This document shows positions 47,367 through 56,876 of a DNA stretch of 64,000 nt, piece after piece. The translations under genes and the position numbers were made by a program. The notes below the pieces were generated by a model. It ran no database searches. It was not told the DNA's origin and worked only from the letters and a program-made list of their open reading frames with translations. The first letter of the stretch is position 1. Every line of letters starts with the position of its first letter. Source of the DNA: an uncultured bacterium (GTDB taxonomy: Bacteria > Krumholzibacteriota > Krumholzibacteriia > LZORAL124-64-63); NCBI GenBank assembly GCA_963732385.1, contig CAVSZB010000003.1, positions 160,001-224,000 of the forward strand. Reading direction: 5' to 3'.

Positions 47367-48458
47367 TCAGTCGGCCACGAAGAGGTCCAGGTACGTGTAC
47401 GCGGCCGTGGGATCGTCCGTCGGCACGACAACCACCGGATGGAAGTCGCAGATGTCTTCGAGGTCGCCGGGATCCAGCGCCGTTATGGCGGCGTTGCGGG
47501 TCGTGGTGTCCCAGCTCGGATCCAGGTTGAAGGTCAGACGCCACCAGCCGACTTTGGTCACGCCGTTGACCCAGTCGAAACCGGCGGTGACCTTCGGCGC
47601 CACCGGCGGCTTGAAGTGCGCCAGATCCCAGTTGTAGCCGTAGATGACCTTGCCCGGCACGTTCAGCTCGGCCGAGTAGGCTGCGGTCGGTCCGTCCACG
47701 CCGTAGCGTTCGTAGACGCTGCTGTTGTAGAAGGTCGACGCGATGTAAGCGTCATAACCCGGCGCAAAGGTGTCCGGGATGATGCCGGTCGGCACGTTCG
47801 TGATGTCGGCCGGCCAGGCCAGCTTCTCGATCCTGAAGCGGGCGCAGCTCGAATACGCGGTCGCCGCGGTGGCCGGGATGACCGTGCCCATGGCGGGGTT
47901 GGCCGGGTCGGCGGGCGTGCCCCAGACCTCTTCGAGGCCGTCGCCGTACAGGTAGTTCATGGCATAACCGGTCAGCGGGGTGGCCTGGGCGGCCTGATAT
48001 GCCTCGAAGTCGGACTTGAACAGCACCACTTCGGTGCGGATGAGCGAATGCTGGTCCCAGGCCTGGTGGGTCAGGGCGTCGGCCCAGTCGCTGACGACCT
48101 CCACCGGCGGCGAACCGGCGCCGTTCACCCAGTCGGCCTGCCAGACGTTGACGGTCTGCTGCAGGTAATAGGTAACGTCGAGATAAGTGAAGGTCCCGGC
48201 CCAGATATCGCCGGCATCGCCCGGCAGGCCGGTGGCGATGGCCACGTTCGATCCGGTGAGGCCAATGCCTTCCGTGAAGAAGACCGGCGTGGACAGGTTG
48301 TTGCCGACCGTGGTCGTGGGCGCGGGCTTGGTCAGCGATGCGCCGTCGGCGCCGGGCGAAAGAGGATCGCTGCGTTCGCAACCGGCCAGAAACGCCATGC
48401 ACATGCAAGCGGCCACGGCCAAAGTGACCCAGCGCACTCGGTGGGAAGTGCTAGTCAT
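47367..48458 (-). CDS. Lipoprotein of unknown function, paralogue B
   Basis: Lipobox 'LAGC'; long identical stretches shared with 44760-45854. Confidence 0.8.
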   Translation of the reverse strand: MTSTSHRVRWVTLAVAACMCMAFLAGCERSDPLSPGADGASLTKPAPTTTVGNNLSTPVFFTEGIGLTGSNVAIATGLPGDAGDIWAGTFTYLDVTYYLQQTVNVWQADWVNGAGSPPVEVVSDWADALTHQAWDQHSLIRTEVVLFKSDFEAYQAAQATPLTGYAMNYLYGDGLEEVWGTPADPANPAMGTVIPATAATAYSSCARFRIEKLAWPADITNVPTGIIPDTFAPGYDAYIASTFYNSSVYERYGVDGPTAAYSAELNVPGKVIYGYNWDLAHFKPPVAPKVTAGFDWVNGVTKVGWWRLTFNLDPSWDTTTRNAAITALDPGDLEDICDFHPVVVVPTDDPTAAYTYLDLFVAD

Positions 48459-48682
48459 TGTCTACTCCCTATGTGACACAATTAATGATATAGAATCGCG
48501 AAGCAACCATGGCCTGACCGTACGAATCATCACCTCCGCATCCGCGAGGCAAAGACCCTACAACTTCAGCGGTCAGACGAGGATGCCGCGACACCAGAGA
48601 GTGCTGCTGGCGGGTCGCCAGGGCGAAGTGCGACCGGATCAACCGCGAGTTCCCTCAACCCCCCCTTGAGGGGCGCTTTTTG

Positions 48683-48712
48683 ATCATGCAATAGAATGGA
48701 GCTAATAGTCAA
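48683..48712 (-). promoter_or_regulatory. Promoter of lipoprotein paralogue B
   Basis: TTGACT-N18-CATGAT. Confidence 0.55.
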
Positions 48713-48901
48713 TGGGAAAGTAACGAAGAGTCAACAATATTGGGCGTGGTGCGTCGGGGCAGGGTCGTCGCGGCCTTTAAGAAGCGGGTCTGGTAGCGAC
48801 AGGCGAAATCGCCGGTCGTGGTCTCTCCCTCGACTGAACCCAGGGGGTGCGCCCGGCGGCCCGTTCCGGCCGGAGTGCCCCCTGAGTCGCTCCCCTCCTC
48901 T

Positions 48902-48930
48902 TTGACACAGCCGGTTTTGCCTGATAGCCT
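48902..48930 (+). promoter_or_regulatory. sigma70-like promoter for the polyferredoxin/HMA genes
   Basis: TTGACA-N17-TAGCCT with extended -10 TG. Confidence 0.55.
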
Positions 48931-48984
48931 TGTCTCGGCGGAGAGGGCCCCGGGCCGATCTCTGCATACCGGGGAGATCTGGTC

Positions 48985-49779
48985 TTGAAGTGGTTGCGCC
49001 TCGCCCTGCAAACCGCTGTCATGGCTGCCGCCGTCTTCGCTGGCGCGCGGTTCGCGATGGGCCGCTCCGTGGTTTCCGTGGAGACCTGGTGTCCCTTCGG
49101 CGGCCTGGAAACGGCCTGGTCGTTCGTCACGCACAGGCGCTTCTCCTGCGCTGCGGGTGAATTGAACCTGGCGCTTTTCCTGGGGTTGCTGATTCTCACT
49201 TTGCTGGCGCGCAAGGCCTTCTGCGGCTGGGTCTGTCCGGTCGGGGCGCTTTTCGAGTGGGAGGGACGGCTGGCGCGGCGCCTGTTCCACCGGCCCGGAT
49301 TCACCGGGCTTGTGCGGGTGCCTCCCCGCGTGGACCGGTGGCTGAAGGTCGTCCTGCGGCTCGTGGTTTTGGCCGTCGTGCTGGCCGCCACCTGGAAGAC
49401 CGGGGAGCTGGTCTTCCGCGGCTACGATCCCTATTACATCCTCTTCAGCGCCAATGGGCACGACGTGCAGGCCTGGAGCTACGCCATCCTGGGCGGCCTG
49501 CTGCTGCTGGCCCTGCTGTGGCCGATGGCGTGGTGCAAATACCTCTGCCCGCTCGGGGCGGCGATCTGGCCGTTCTCAGTGGCGGGTCGGCTGAGGCTGG
49601 CAAGGGTCGCCTCCGTCTGCACCGGCTGTGGCGCCTGCGACCGGGCCTGCCCGCAGGCGCTGGACGTTTCGGGTGTGGACGAGGTGCGGTCGGGGGAATG
49701 CACCTTGTGCTTCGAGTGCACGGCTGTCTGCCCGTCTGAGGAGGCGCTCGAACTGCGCTGGGCGGGGGTGAAGCGGTGA
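48985..49779 (+). CDS. Membrane 4Fe-4S binding protein (NapH/MauN/YccM family)
   Basis: 'CPFGGLE', 'FCGWVCP', 'WCKYLCP', two CxxCxxCxxxCP motifs. Confidence 0.88.
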   Translation: MKWLRLALQTAVMAAAVFAGARFAMGRSVVSVETWCPFGGLETAWSFVTHRRFSCAAGELNLALFLGLLILTLLARKAFCGWVCPVGALFEWEGRLARRLFHRPGFTGLVRVPPRVDRWLKVVLRLVVLAVVLAATWKTGELVFRGYDPYYILFSANGHDVQAWSYAILGGLLLLALLWPMAWCKYLCPLGAAIWPFSVAGRLRLARVASVCTGCGACDRACPQALDVSGVDEVRSGECTLCFECTAVCPSEEALELRWAGVKR

Positions 49780-50183
49780 AGGCGCCGTTGTGGATCGTGC
49801 CGGCGCTGATCGTGGCGTGCACCGCGGCTGCCGCGGGGGGGGCGCGGCTGTTCGCGGCCCCGAGCGTCACCCGGGAATTCGCCGCGGCGGCGCAGGGAAC
49901 CGTGTCGCGGCGCGTTGTGTTCGTGGTGAGCGGCGTCAGGTGCGTCGACACGGCGGAGGGGGCCGCGCGGCAGCTTGCGGAAACACCGGGCGCGCTCTCC
50001 TTCGCGGCGTACGCATCGCGCGGGCGGGTGGAAGTGACCTACGACGCCGCCGTCACCGATGTCCCGGCTCTGATCGAGGCGATCGAGGGGCCCGCCTACG
50101 ACGAGGCCGCGCAGGAGTTCCGGTTCGGCGTCTACGTCGTGCGCGAAGTGGATGGCGCGCGGGTCGACCAGCCCTTTCCTTGA
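49776..50183 (+). CDS. Exported HMA-like domain protein
   Basis: N-terminal TM/signal; 'FVVSGVRCVDTA...VEVTYD...LIEAIE' ferredoxin-like HMA pattern with a single Cys. Confidence 0.6.
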   Translation: MKAPLWIVPALIVACTAAAAGGARLFAAPSVTREFAAAAQGTVSRRVVFVVSGVRCVDTAEGAARQLAETPGALSFAAYASRGRVEVTYDAAVTDVPALIEAIEGPAYDEAAQEFRFGVYVVREVDGARVDQPFP

Positions 50184-50259
50184 CAGCCTGCCGATCATTT
50201 TGACGGGCTGAAGATCATTCTGACCGCTTGCAGATCATCATCACAGGAGGCGGATTTCG

Positions 50260-50658
50260 ATGCGCATCAAGAACCTCGCCCTGATTCCCGGCATTCTCCT
50301 GCTCCTGGTCGCGACTTCGGCGCTGGCGGACGAGGCCCCCGCCAAAGACGCCGTGCCGGCCGCCGAAACCGCGATTTTCGCGGTGCCGGGCCTGACCGAC
50401 GCCGCGTTGGTCAAGGATCTGACGAAGGCGCTCGCGAAACACAAGGGGGTCGTCGCCGCGAAGGCGGACGCCGAAACCGGCAAGTTCCTCGTCACCTTCG
50501 AGCCGGGCAGGACCAGCCCCGAGGCGCTGACGCGAATCGTGGCGAAGGTGGCGCCGAAGGCGCATTTCGAAACTGTCCAGGCGGCCGATGGCAAGGCGGC
50601 CGGCGGTGATCCCTGTGGCGGGTGCCCGAGCAAGGCGACCTGCGGCGGGAAGAAGTAG
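50260..50658 (+). CDS. Secreted HMA-like protein with Cys-rich tail
   Basis: AGGAGG RBS; signal peptide; 'AIFAVPGL...LAKHKGVVAAKAD...VTFEP'; tail CGGCPSKATCG. Confidence 0.6.
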   Translation: MRIKNLALIPGILLLLVATSALADEAPAKDAVPAAETAIFAVPGLTDAALVKDLTKALAKHKGVVAAKADAETGKFLVTFEPGRTSPEALTRIVAKVAPKAHFETVQAADGKAAGGDPCGGCPSKATCGGKK

Positions 50659-50821
50659 GAGTCGGCGGGAAGCCGTCAGGGCGGACATGGCTCGGGGAGG
50701 GCGGTGCATGACCTGGCGCCGCCCTGACCGTCTCGGGTCGTATCGACCTGCCAGGGGGCCGCGGATTTCAGCAGGTACTTGCAGGACCAGCGTGTAGCCA
50801 GTCTGAGCCGGCGCCACGCGA

Positions 50822-50851
50822 TTGACGCCAGGCTTCCGGCGATGCTAGCAT
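50822..50851 (+). promoter_or_regulatory. Candidate promoter of the fdrA operon
   Basis: TTGACG-N18-TAGCAT with extended -10 TG. Confidence 0.45.
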
Positions 50852-50968
50852 TCGGCAGCCAGACGGGAAAAAGGGGAATATGCGGTTGGACAGCCCGTTT
50901 CCTGTCGTATGGCATTGCCTGAACGCAGGCTCCGTGGAGCCTGGCGAGCAGGTTATCGGAGGCTTCCG

Positions 50969-52564
50969 GTGGTGAGGGTTTTCGTCCACAAGGAAGCGTA
51001 CTTCGATTCCGTGGTGCTGATGCTCCTCGGCCGGGAACTCAAGGGCCTGCCCGGGGTCACGGATGCCGCGGTGGCCATGGGCACCCCGATGAATCTCGCC
51101 CTGCTGACGTCCATGGGCTGCGCCGCTGGTGACCTCGCGGGGGTCGGGCCTAACGATCTCGTGATCGCTGTGGATTGCGCGGATCCTGCGCTGCTGGAGG
51201 CGGCGCTGGCGGCCGCCGAGACGGCGCTGACTCGCAGGAAAGGCTCGTCCGCGCCCGCGGGCCGGGCCGTGCGCGAGCCCTCGACGCTGGCTGGCGCGCT
51301 CGAGATGTTGCCCGGCGCCAACGTCGTGATGATCTCCATCCCCGGCGTGTACGCCGCGCGCGAGGCGCGCAAGGCGCTCGATCGCGGGCGGCATGTGATG
51401 CTCTTCTCGGACAACGTCACGCTCGATGACGAGATCGCGCTCAAGACGCACGCGCGCGAGAAGGGCCTGCTCGTGATGGGGCCCGACTGCGGTTCGGCGA
51501 TCCTGAACGGCAGGCCGCTCGGCTTCGCGAACGTCGTGCGTCGCGGACCCATTGGTGTGGTCGCCGCGTCGGGCACGGGTCTGCAGGAACTGTCCGTGCT
51601 GATCGACCGCGCGGGCTCGGGCGTCAGCCAGGCGATCGGCACCGGTGGGCGCGATCTCAGGAACGAGAGGGTCGGGGGCATCACCATGCTCATGGGCATC
51701 GAGGCGCTTGCGCGCGACGAGGCGACCAGGGTCATCGTCGTGATCTCGAAGCCGCCGGCGCCCGCGGTCGCCGCGAAGGTCGTCGCCGCGCTCGAGGCGA
51801 CGGGCAAGAGTGCGGTGGTGCATTTCATCGGCCAGGCGCGCGCGGGCGGCCCGGCGCGGTCGAACTCGCGCCTGCGACACGCGACGAACCTCGAGGAGGC
51901 CGCGGGCATGGCGGTCGCCATCGCCGGAGGGCAGAGCTACACGCCGCGCCTGTTCGCGCGGCCGGACGTCGAGATCGACGCGATCGTCGCGCGCGAGACC
52001 GCCGGTATGGCGAAGGCGCAGCGCTGGATCCGTGGCTACTTCACGGGTGGCACGCTGGCCGACGAGGCGTGGATCCTGCTGCACGCGCTCACCGGCGCGG
52101 TGTACTCGAACAACCAGACGGACCCGGCGTTCGTTCTGGCGGACCCCCGTACGTCGGTCGGGCACACGGTGGTGGATCTGGGCGACGACATGTTCACCGT
52201 CGGCCGTCCGCACCCGATGATCGACCCGGGCACGCGCACGGAGCGGATAGACGCCGAGGCCGGCGACGATTCGATCGCCGTCATGCTCGTCGACATCGTG
52301 CTCGGTTATGGTTCGCACGCCGATCCGGCGGGCGCCCTCGCGCCGTCGCTGGTCGCGGCGAAGCAGGCGGCCGCGCAACGCGGGGGGCGCCTCGCGGTGG
52401 TCGCCTCGATCACCGGCACGAACGGCGACCACCAGGGCTACGCGCGGCAGAAGGCGGTGCTCGAGGCGGCCGACGTCGTGGTAATGCCCTCGAACTTCCA
52501 GGCGTCGATGCTGGCGGTGCGCATCCTGGAGAAGGTTCTGGCGAACGCGGCCGGTGCGCGATGA
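50969..52564 (+). CDS. fdrA: Acyl-CoA synthetase FdrA (succinyl-CoA ligase alpha-like; E. coli FdrA/AllF homologue)
   Basis: GGAGG RBS + GTG; 'YFDSVVLM', 'MGTPMN', 'FSDNV', 'MGPDCG', 'ASGTG', 'ISKPP', 'GRPHPMIDP'. Confidence 0.9.
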   Translation: MVRVFVHKEAYFDSVVLMLLGRELKGLPGVTDAAVAMGTPMNLALLTSMGCAAGDLAGVGPNDLVIAVDCADPALLEAALAAAETALTRRKGSSAPAGRAVREPSTLAGALEMLPGANVVMISIPGVYAAREARKALDRGRHVMLFSDNVTLDDEIALKTHAREKGLLVMGPDCGSAILNGRPLGFANVVRRGPIGVVAASGTGLQELSVLIDRAGSGVSQAIGTGGRDLRNERVGGITMLMGIEALARDEATRVIVVISKPPAPAVAAKVVAALEATGKSAVVHFIGQARAGGPARSNSRLRHATNLEEAAGMAVAIAGGQSYTPRLFARPDVEIDAIVARETAGMAKAQRWIRGYFTGGTLADEAWILLHALTGAVYSNNQTDPAFVLADPRTSVGHTVVDLGDDMFTVGRPHPMIDPGTRTERIDAEAGDDSIAVMLVDIVLGYGSHADPAGALAPSLVAAKQAAAQRGGRLAVVASITGTNGDHQGYARQKAVLEAADVVVMPSNFQASMLAVRILEKVLANAAGAR

Positions 52565-53994
52565 GCGGGCCCGACGTCCAGGCGGTCACCGATTTGTTTG
52601 CGTCCGAACTGGCGGTCATCAACCTCGGTCTGGAGGCCTTCGCGGAGAACCTGCGGGCGTGCGACACGCCCGTGGTGCAGGTGCGCTGGAAGCCGCCGGC
52701 AGGCGGTGACGCGCGCATGATCGAGGCTCTTGACCGCATCGCGAGCAACCCGCGCGTGGATGTCGATGCCGCCAACGCGCTCGCCGCGGAGCGCATCATG
52801 AAGAGCAGGCCGATGCTCATGGGTGTCGGTGTCGCGGGCGAGGTCGTGCCCGGGATGAAGCCGAACATGGTGCTTCACTCCGGTCCGCCGGTGACGTGGC
52901 AGAGGATGTGCGGCCCCCTGAAGGGCGCGGTCATCGGCGGCCTGCTCTACGAGGGCCTGGCGAATACGCGCGCCCAGGCCGAGGACCTCGCCGCTTCGGG
53001 CGCCATTGTATTCGAGCCCTGTCATCACCACGACGCGGTGGGCCCCATGGCGGGGGTGATGACGTCGCGCATGCCGGTGTGGATCCTCGGGAACGCCACG
53101 TACGGCAACCGCGCCTACTGCACGTTCAACGAGGGGCTTGGCAAGGTCCTGCGGTACGGTGCGTTTTCCGGCGAAGTGCTCGAGCGGTTGCGCTGGCTGG
53201 AGACCGATCTCGCACCAGTTCTGAGCAAGGCGCTGGAACTCCACGGGCCGATCGACATGCGCAGCCTTATCGCGCAGGCGCTGCAGATGGGGGATGAAGG
53301 GCATAACCGCAATCGCGCCGGCACTTCGCTGTTGATCCGCGAGCTCGCGTCCTTCCTGGTGCAGGTGGACGAGCCGAAGGAGCGTATTGCGAAGGTCCTC
53401 TTATTCATGCATGAGAACGACCATTTCTTCCTCAACCTCACGATGCCTTCCGCCAAGTGCGCGGTGGACGCGGCGCGGGGCATCGAGGGCAGCTCCGTCA
53501 TCACGACCATGGCGCGCAACGGCACCGACTTCGGCATTCGCCTCTCCGGCCTGGGGGAGCGCTGGTTCACCGGTCCGGCGGGGATGGTCGACGGGCTCTA
53601 CCTGCCGGGCTTCGGTCCGCAGGACGCCGCGCCGGACATCGGCGACTCGGTGATCACCGAGACCGCGGGCATCGGCGGATTCGCGATGGCCGCTGCGCCC
53701 GCGATCGTGAAGTTCATCGGCGGCAAACCGGCGGATGCGATCGACTTCACGCTGAGCATGTACGAGATCACAGTAGCGGAAAACAACGCCTATCAGATTC
53801 CGGTTCTCGATTTCCGCGGCACGCCCACGGGCATCGACGTCCGCAAGGTCGTCGAATCGGGGATCCTCCCGGTAATCAATACGGGAATCGCCCATCGAGA
53901 GCCGGGGATCGGCATGGTGGGCGCGGGGCTCGTCAAGCCCCCCAGGAACTGTTTCGAGGACGCGTTGCTGGCGTTCGCGGCGGCAATCGCCTGA
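52561..53994 (+). CDS. ylbE: YlbE/DUF1116 family protein (AllG-like) with an N-terminal FdrA-tail-like segment
   Basis: 'VINLGL...WKPPAGGD', 'LHSGPP', 'PCHHHDAVGPMAG', 'NEGLGKVLRYGA', 'MGDEGHNRN', 'DIGDSVITE', 'INTGIAH'. Confidence 0.88.
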   Translation: MSGPDVQAVTDLFASELAVINLGLEAFAENLRACDTPVVQVRWKPPAGGDARMIEALDRIASNPRVDVDAANALAAERIMKSRPMLMGVGVAGEVVPGMKPNMVLHSGPPVTWQRMCGPLKGAVIGGLLYEGLANTRAQAEDLAASGAIVFEPCHHHDAVGPMAGVMTSRMPVWILGNATYGNRAYCTFNEGLGKVLRYGAFSGEVLERLRWLETDLAPVLSKALELHGPIDMRSLIAQALQMGDEGHNRNRAGTSLLIRELASFLVQVDEPKERIAKVLLFMHENDHFFLNLTMPSAKCAVDAARGIEGSSVITTMARNGTDFGIRLSGLGERWFTGPAGMVDGLYLPGFGPQDAAPDIGDSVITETAGIGGFAMAAAPAIVKFIGGKPADAIDFTLSMYEITVAENNAYQIPVLDFRGTPTGIDVRKVVESGILPVINTGIAHREPGIGMVGAGLVKPPRNCFEDALLAFAAAIA

Positions 53995-54022
53995 ACGGGA
54001 AACACGGTCCAGGAGACGCACC

Positions 54023-54901
54023 ATGAAGATGATCGATTTGACCATTCCGCTCGGCATCGGCACCCCGCCGTGGCCGACGTACACGCCGCTGCAGGTCCAG
54101 TACTTCAAGCGCCTCGCTCCCCACGGCGCCAATGGACAGGTGGTGACGCACTCGAACCATGTCGGCACCCATCTCGACGGCGAGATCCACTTCCACTCGC
54201 CGGGCAAGGACATCGCAAGTCTCGACATGGATTTCCTGGTCCACGATGGCGCGATCGTCGATCTCTCGGACGTCTGCGGCGACTATGACGTGTACACGTC
54301 GAAGATGGTCGAGGAGCGCGTCGAGGTCTTGCCGGGCGACATCCTTCTCATCCACACCGGTTTCCATCACTACGGCTGGGATCAGCCGACCGCGGACGAG
54401 GTCCGCTACATGGTCAGGCACCCGGGTCCGGATCGGGAGTTCGCCGTCTGGGCCAAGAAGAAGAAGCTGCGCTGGATCGGCGTGGACTGCGGCAGCGCCG
54501 ACCATCCGATGAACACCAAGATCCGCGAATGGATGCCTGTCCAGGCCAGGGAGTGCGACGAGCACTTTCGCGCCAGATACAAGCGGGGCCTGGAAGAGGT
54601 GTTCACTCCGGACAAGTACCAGTTGATGCACCTGGAGATGTTCCACAAGGGCCTGATCCATGCCGAGTGCGTCGGCGGCGACATCGACCTGCTGCTGAAC
54701 CAGAGGGCGCTCATCGGCTGCTTCCCGTGGCGGTTCGTCGACGGCGAGTCGAGCATCGCCCGCATCGTCGCCATGGTTGAAGACGCACGCTACGCCAGGC
54801 TCATGGCCAAAAAGAAGAAAGCCAGGCTCACGAAGTTCGGCGACGTCGCGGGCGCCCGGAATCCGTGGCTCCACGACGAGGCGAAGAAGAAACGGAAGTA
54901 A
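54023..54901 (+). CDS. Cyclase family metal-dependent hydrolase (kynurenine formamidase/isatin hydrolase-like)
   Basis: 'IDLTIP', HxGTHxDxxxH motif 'HVGTHLDGEIH', 'GDILLIHTG', 'IGVD', 'IHAE'. Confidence 0.88.
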   Translation: MKMIDLTIPLGIGTPPWPTYTPLQVQYFKRLAPHGANGQVVTHSNHVGTHLDGEIHFHSPGKDIASLDMDFLVHDGAIVDLSDVCGDYDVYTSKMVEERVEVLPGDILLIHTGFHHYGWDQPTADEVRYMVRHPGPDREFAVWAKKKKLRWIGVDCGSADHPMNTKIREWMPVQARECDEHFRARYKRGLEEVFTPDKYQLMHLEMFHKGLIHAECVGGDIDLLLNQRALIGCFPWRFVDGESSIARIVAMVEDARYARLMAKKKKARLTKFGDVAGARNPWLHDEAKKKRK

Positions 54902-54974
54902 GGCGGGCCCGCGAACGCCCGGAAACCTGCCGGCCGACAAGCGCCGGCGTCATTGACCGGAATGGAGAAGCACG

Positions 54975-55667
54975 ATGGCGATCGACCAGCTGGAAATGAA
55001 ACTCCGGCCCCCGGCAGCGAAGCTGGCGCCGTACCCCGCGAAGCTGATCACTCTCGCCTCAGGGGAGAAGATGGTCGTGCGCGAGGCGCGTCGCGAAGAC
55101 ACCGGCGCCCTGCTGGGCACCGTGTACCCGTTGCTTGCGGTAGCGAAGGACTACTACGACATCGTCGCCGCCCGCATGTACAGCGAGATTCTCGGCTGGT
55201 TTCGCTATCGGGTCGCCAACGAATTCATCATCGTCGGAGCCATCGATGGCATCATCGCGGGCATTGTCACGAGCCGTCACGTCAAAGAAGGGCTCGGCAT
55301 GAGCCTGCACACGCTTACCATCAAGCGCGGCCTGCGCGTCGGCGCCCAGCTCTTCGCGGCCAAGATGGAGCATCATATCGAATATCTGGACGAGAACGAG
55401 GTGCACATCGTCGCGGAGAGCCCGATCGGCTTCAAGCGCTGGATGATCGAGTACGAACTCGAGGACCGTTCCGCCCAGTACCCGGAACTGCGCCACGAAC
55501 TCGGCGGCGTGCCCACGTTCACGCTCACGCGCAAGCTGTGGGAAGCGGTCAGGCCGGCGAAGTGCACGGGCACGCGGCCCGTGCCGGCCGAGCTTCTGAA
55601 GACTGCGGAAAAGCTCATCATGCCCGATGAGTACGTGCAGCTTCCCGGCTGGAAGCGGGGCGACTGA
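54975..55667 (+). CDS. Uncharacterised protein, probable GNAT-fold acyltransferase
   Basis: 'ITLASGEKMVVREARRED', 'IVGAIDGIIAG', 'KRGLRVGAQL' (motif A-like); translationally coupled to the thiolase. Confidence 0.55.
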   Translation: MAIDQLEMKLRPPAAKLAPYPAKLITLASGEKMVVREARREDTGALLGTVYPLLAVAKDYYDIVAARMYSEILGWFRYRVANEFIIVGAIDGIIAGIVTSRHVKEGLGMSLHTLTIKRGLRVGAQLFAAKMEHHIEYLDENEVHIVAESPIGFKRWMIEYELEDRSAQYPELRHELGGVPTFTLTRKLWEAVRPAKCTGTRPVPAELLKTAEKLIMPDEYVQLPGWKRGD

Positions 55668-56866
55668 TGGCGCCTCGTATCGGAATCGTCGGCATCGGAC
55701 ATTGCCGGTTCGGCAATTCGAGCGAGTACGATCTCGTGGACGTGATCGCGTATTCGGCGAACGACGCCTTCCGCGACGCGGGCGGTCTTCACTTGCGCAA
55801 GCAGGTCGACCAGGTCCTCGTCGGCAACATGGCGGCGGGCCTGTTCAACCACCAGACCTCCGTGGCCTCCGCGCTGGTCAGCCGGATGGATATGGAACCG
55901 TGTCCGGCCGAACTTGTCGAGAACGGTCCAGCCTCGGGTGCGAGCGCGATACGTTTGGGGTACATGGCGATCGCCTCGGGCATGGCCGACGTCGTCCTGG
56001 TGGCGGCGGGTGAGGTCATGCGGACGGTGTCGGGCTGGGAGGCCACGAACATCGTGGCCACCATGGCGCACACCGAGGCCGAGTACAACATGGGTCTTAC
56101 GCTGCCTGGTTTCGCCGGGATGTTCACGCGGTTGTACATGCAGAAGTACGGCATGACCGAGCGCGATCTCGCCCTGGTGGCGGTGAAGGACCACGCGAAC
56201 GGCGCGAAGAACATCTATGCGCATGTCCAGATCCCCGTCACGATCGAGGCGATCGCCGATGGCGAGAACGCAAGCGTGGTGAACAACTACGTCGCCGAGC
56301 CGCTGCGCATGTATTCGACCTGCCCGATCAGCGACGGCTCCGCGGCGGTGATCCTGGTCAACATGGACTCGCCCAAGGTGGATCTCTTCAGGAACAAGCC
56401 CATCCGGATCGCGGGGATCGCTTCAGCGACCGATACCCACTGCGTACACAATCGCAAGGATCCGCTCGTACTCGACGCCGTCCGCTTGTCGGCGGAAAAA
56501 GCGTATGCCATGGCGGGCGTGACGCCGCAGGACATCTCTCTGGCCGAGCTGCACGATGCGTTCGTGATCTTCGAGCTTCTCAACAGCGAGGAAGTCGGCT
56601 TCTTCGAGCGCGGCAAGTCGTTTCTCGGCGTGCGCAACGGCGAGACCGAAATCGGCGGCCGGATCCCGATCAACACCTCGGGCGGCCTCAAGGCCAAAGG
56701 GCACCCCGTGGGCGCCACCGGCGTATCTCAGGTCGTGGAACTCGTCCGGCAGCTGCGCGGCGAGGCCGAAGAAGGGCGCCAGGTCAAGGACCCAAAATTC
56801 GGCCTGGCGGTCAATTTCGGCGGTTTTGGCAACAATGTCGTAACCACGATCCTGGCGAAGGACTAG
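55667..56866 (+). CDS. Thiolase-superfamily protein (SCP2/archaeal type) lacking the canonical nucleophilic Cys
   Basis: 'VENGPASG' where ExACASG is expected; 'CPISDGSAA', 'AELHDAF', 'INTSGGLKAKGHPVGATG'. Confidence 0.88.
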   Translation: MAPRIGIVGIGHCRFGNSSEYDLVDVIAYSANDAFRDAGGLHLRKQVDQVLVGNMAAGLFNHQTSVASALVSRMDMEPCPAELVENGPASGASAIRLGYMAIASGMADVVLVAAGEVMRTVSGWEATNIVATMAHTEAEYNMGLTLPGFAGMFTRLYMQKYGMTERDLALVAVKDHANGAKNIYAHVQIPVTIEAIADGENASVVNNYVAEPLRMYSTCPISDGSAAVILVNMDSPKVDLFRNKPIRIAGIASATDTHCVHNRKDPLVLDAVRLSAEKAYAMAGVTPQDISLAELHDAFVIFELLNSEEVGFFERGKSFLGVRNGETEIGGRIPINTSGGLKAKGHPVGATGVSQVVELVRQLRGEAEEGRQVKDPKFGLAVNFGGFGNNVVTTILAKD

Positions 56867-56876
56867 GGAGCCACTG

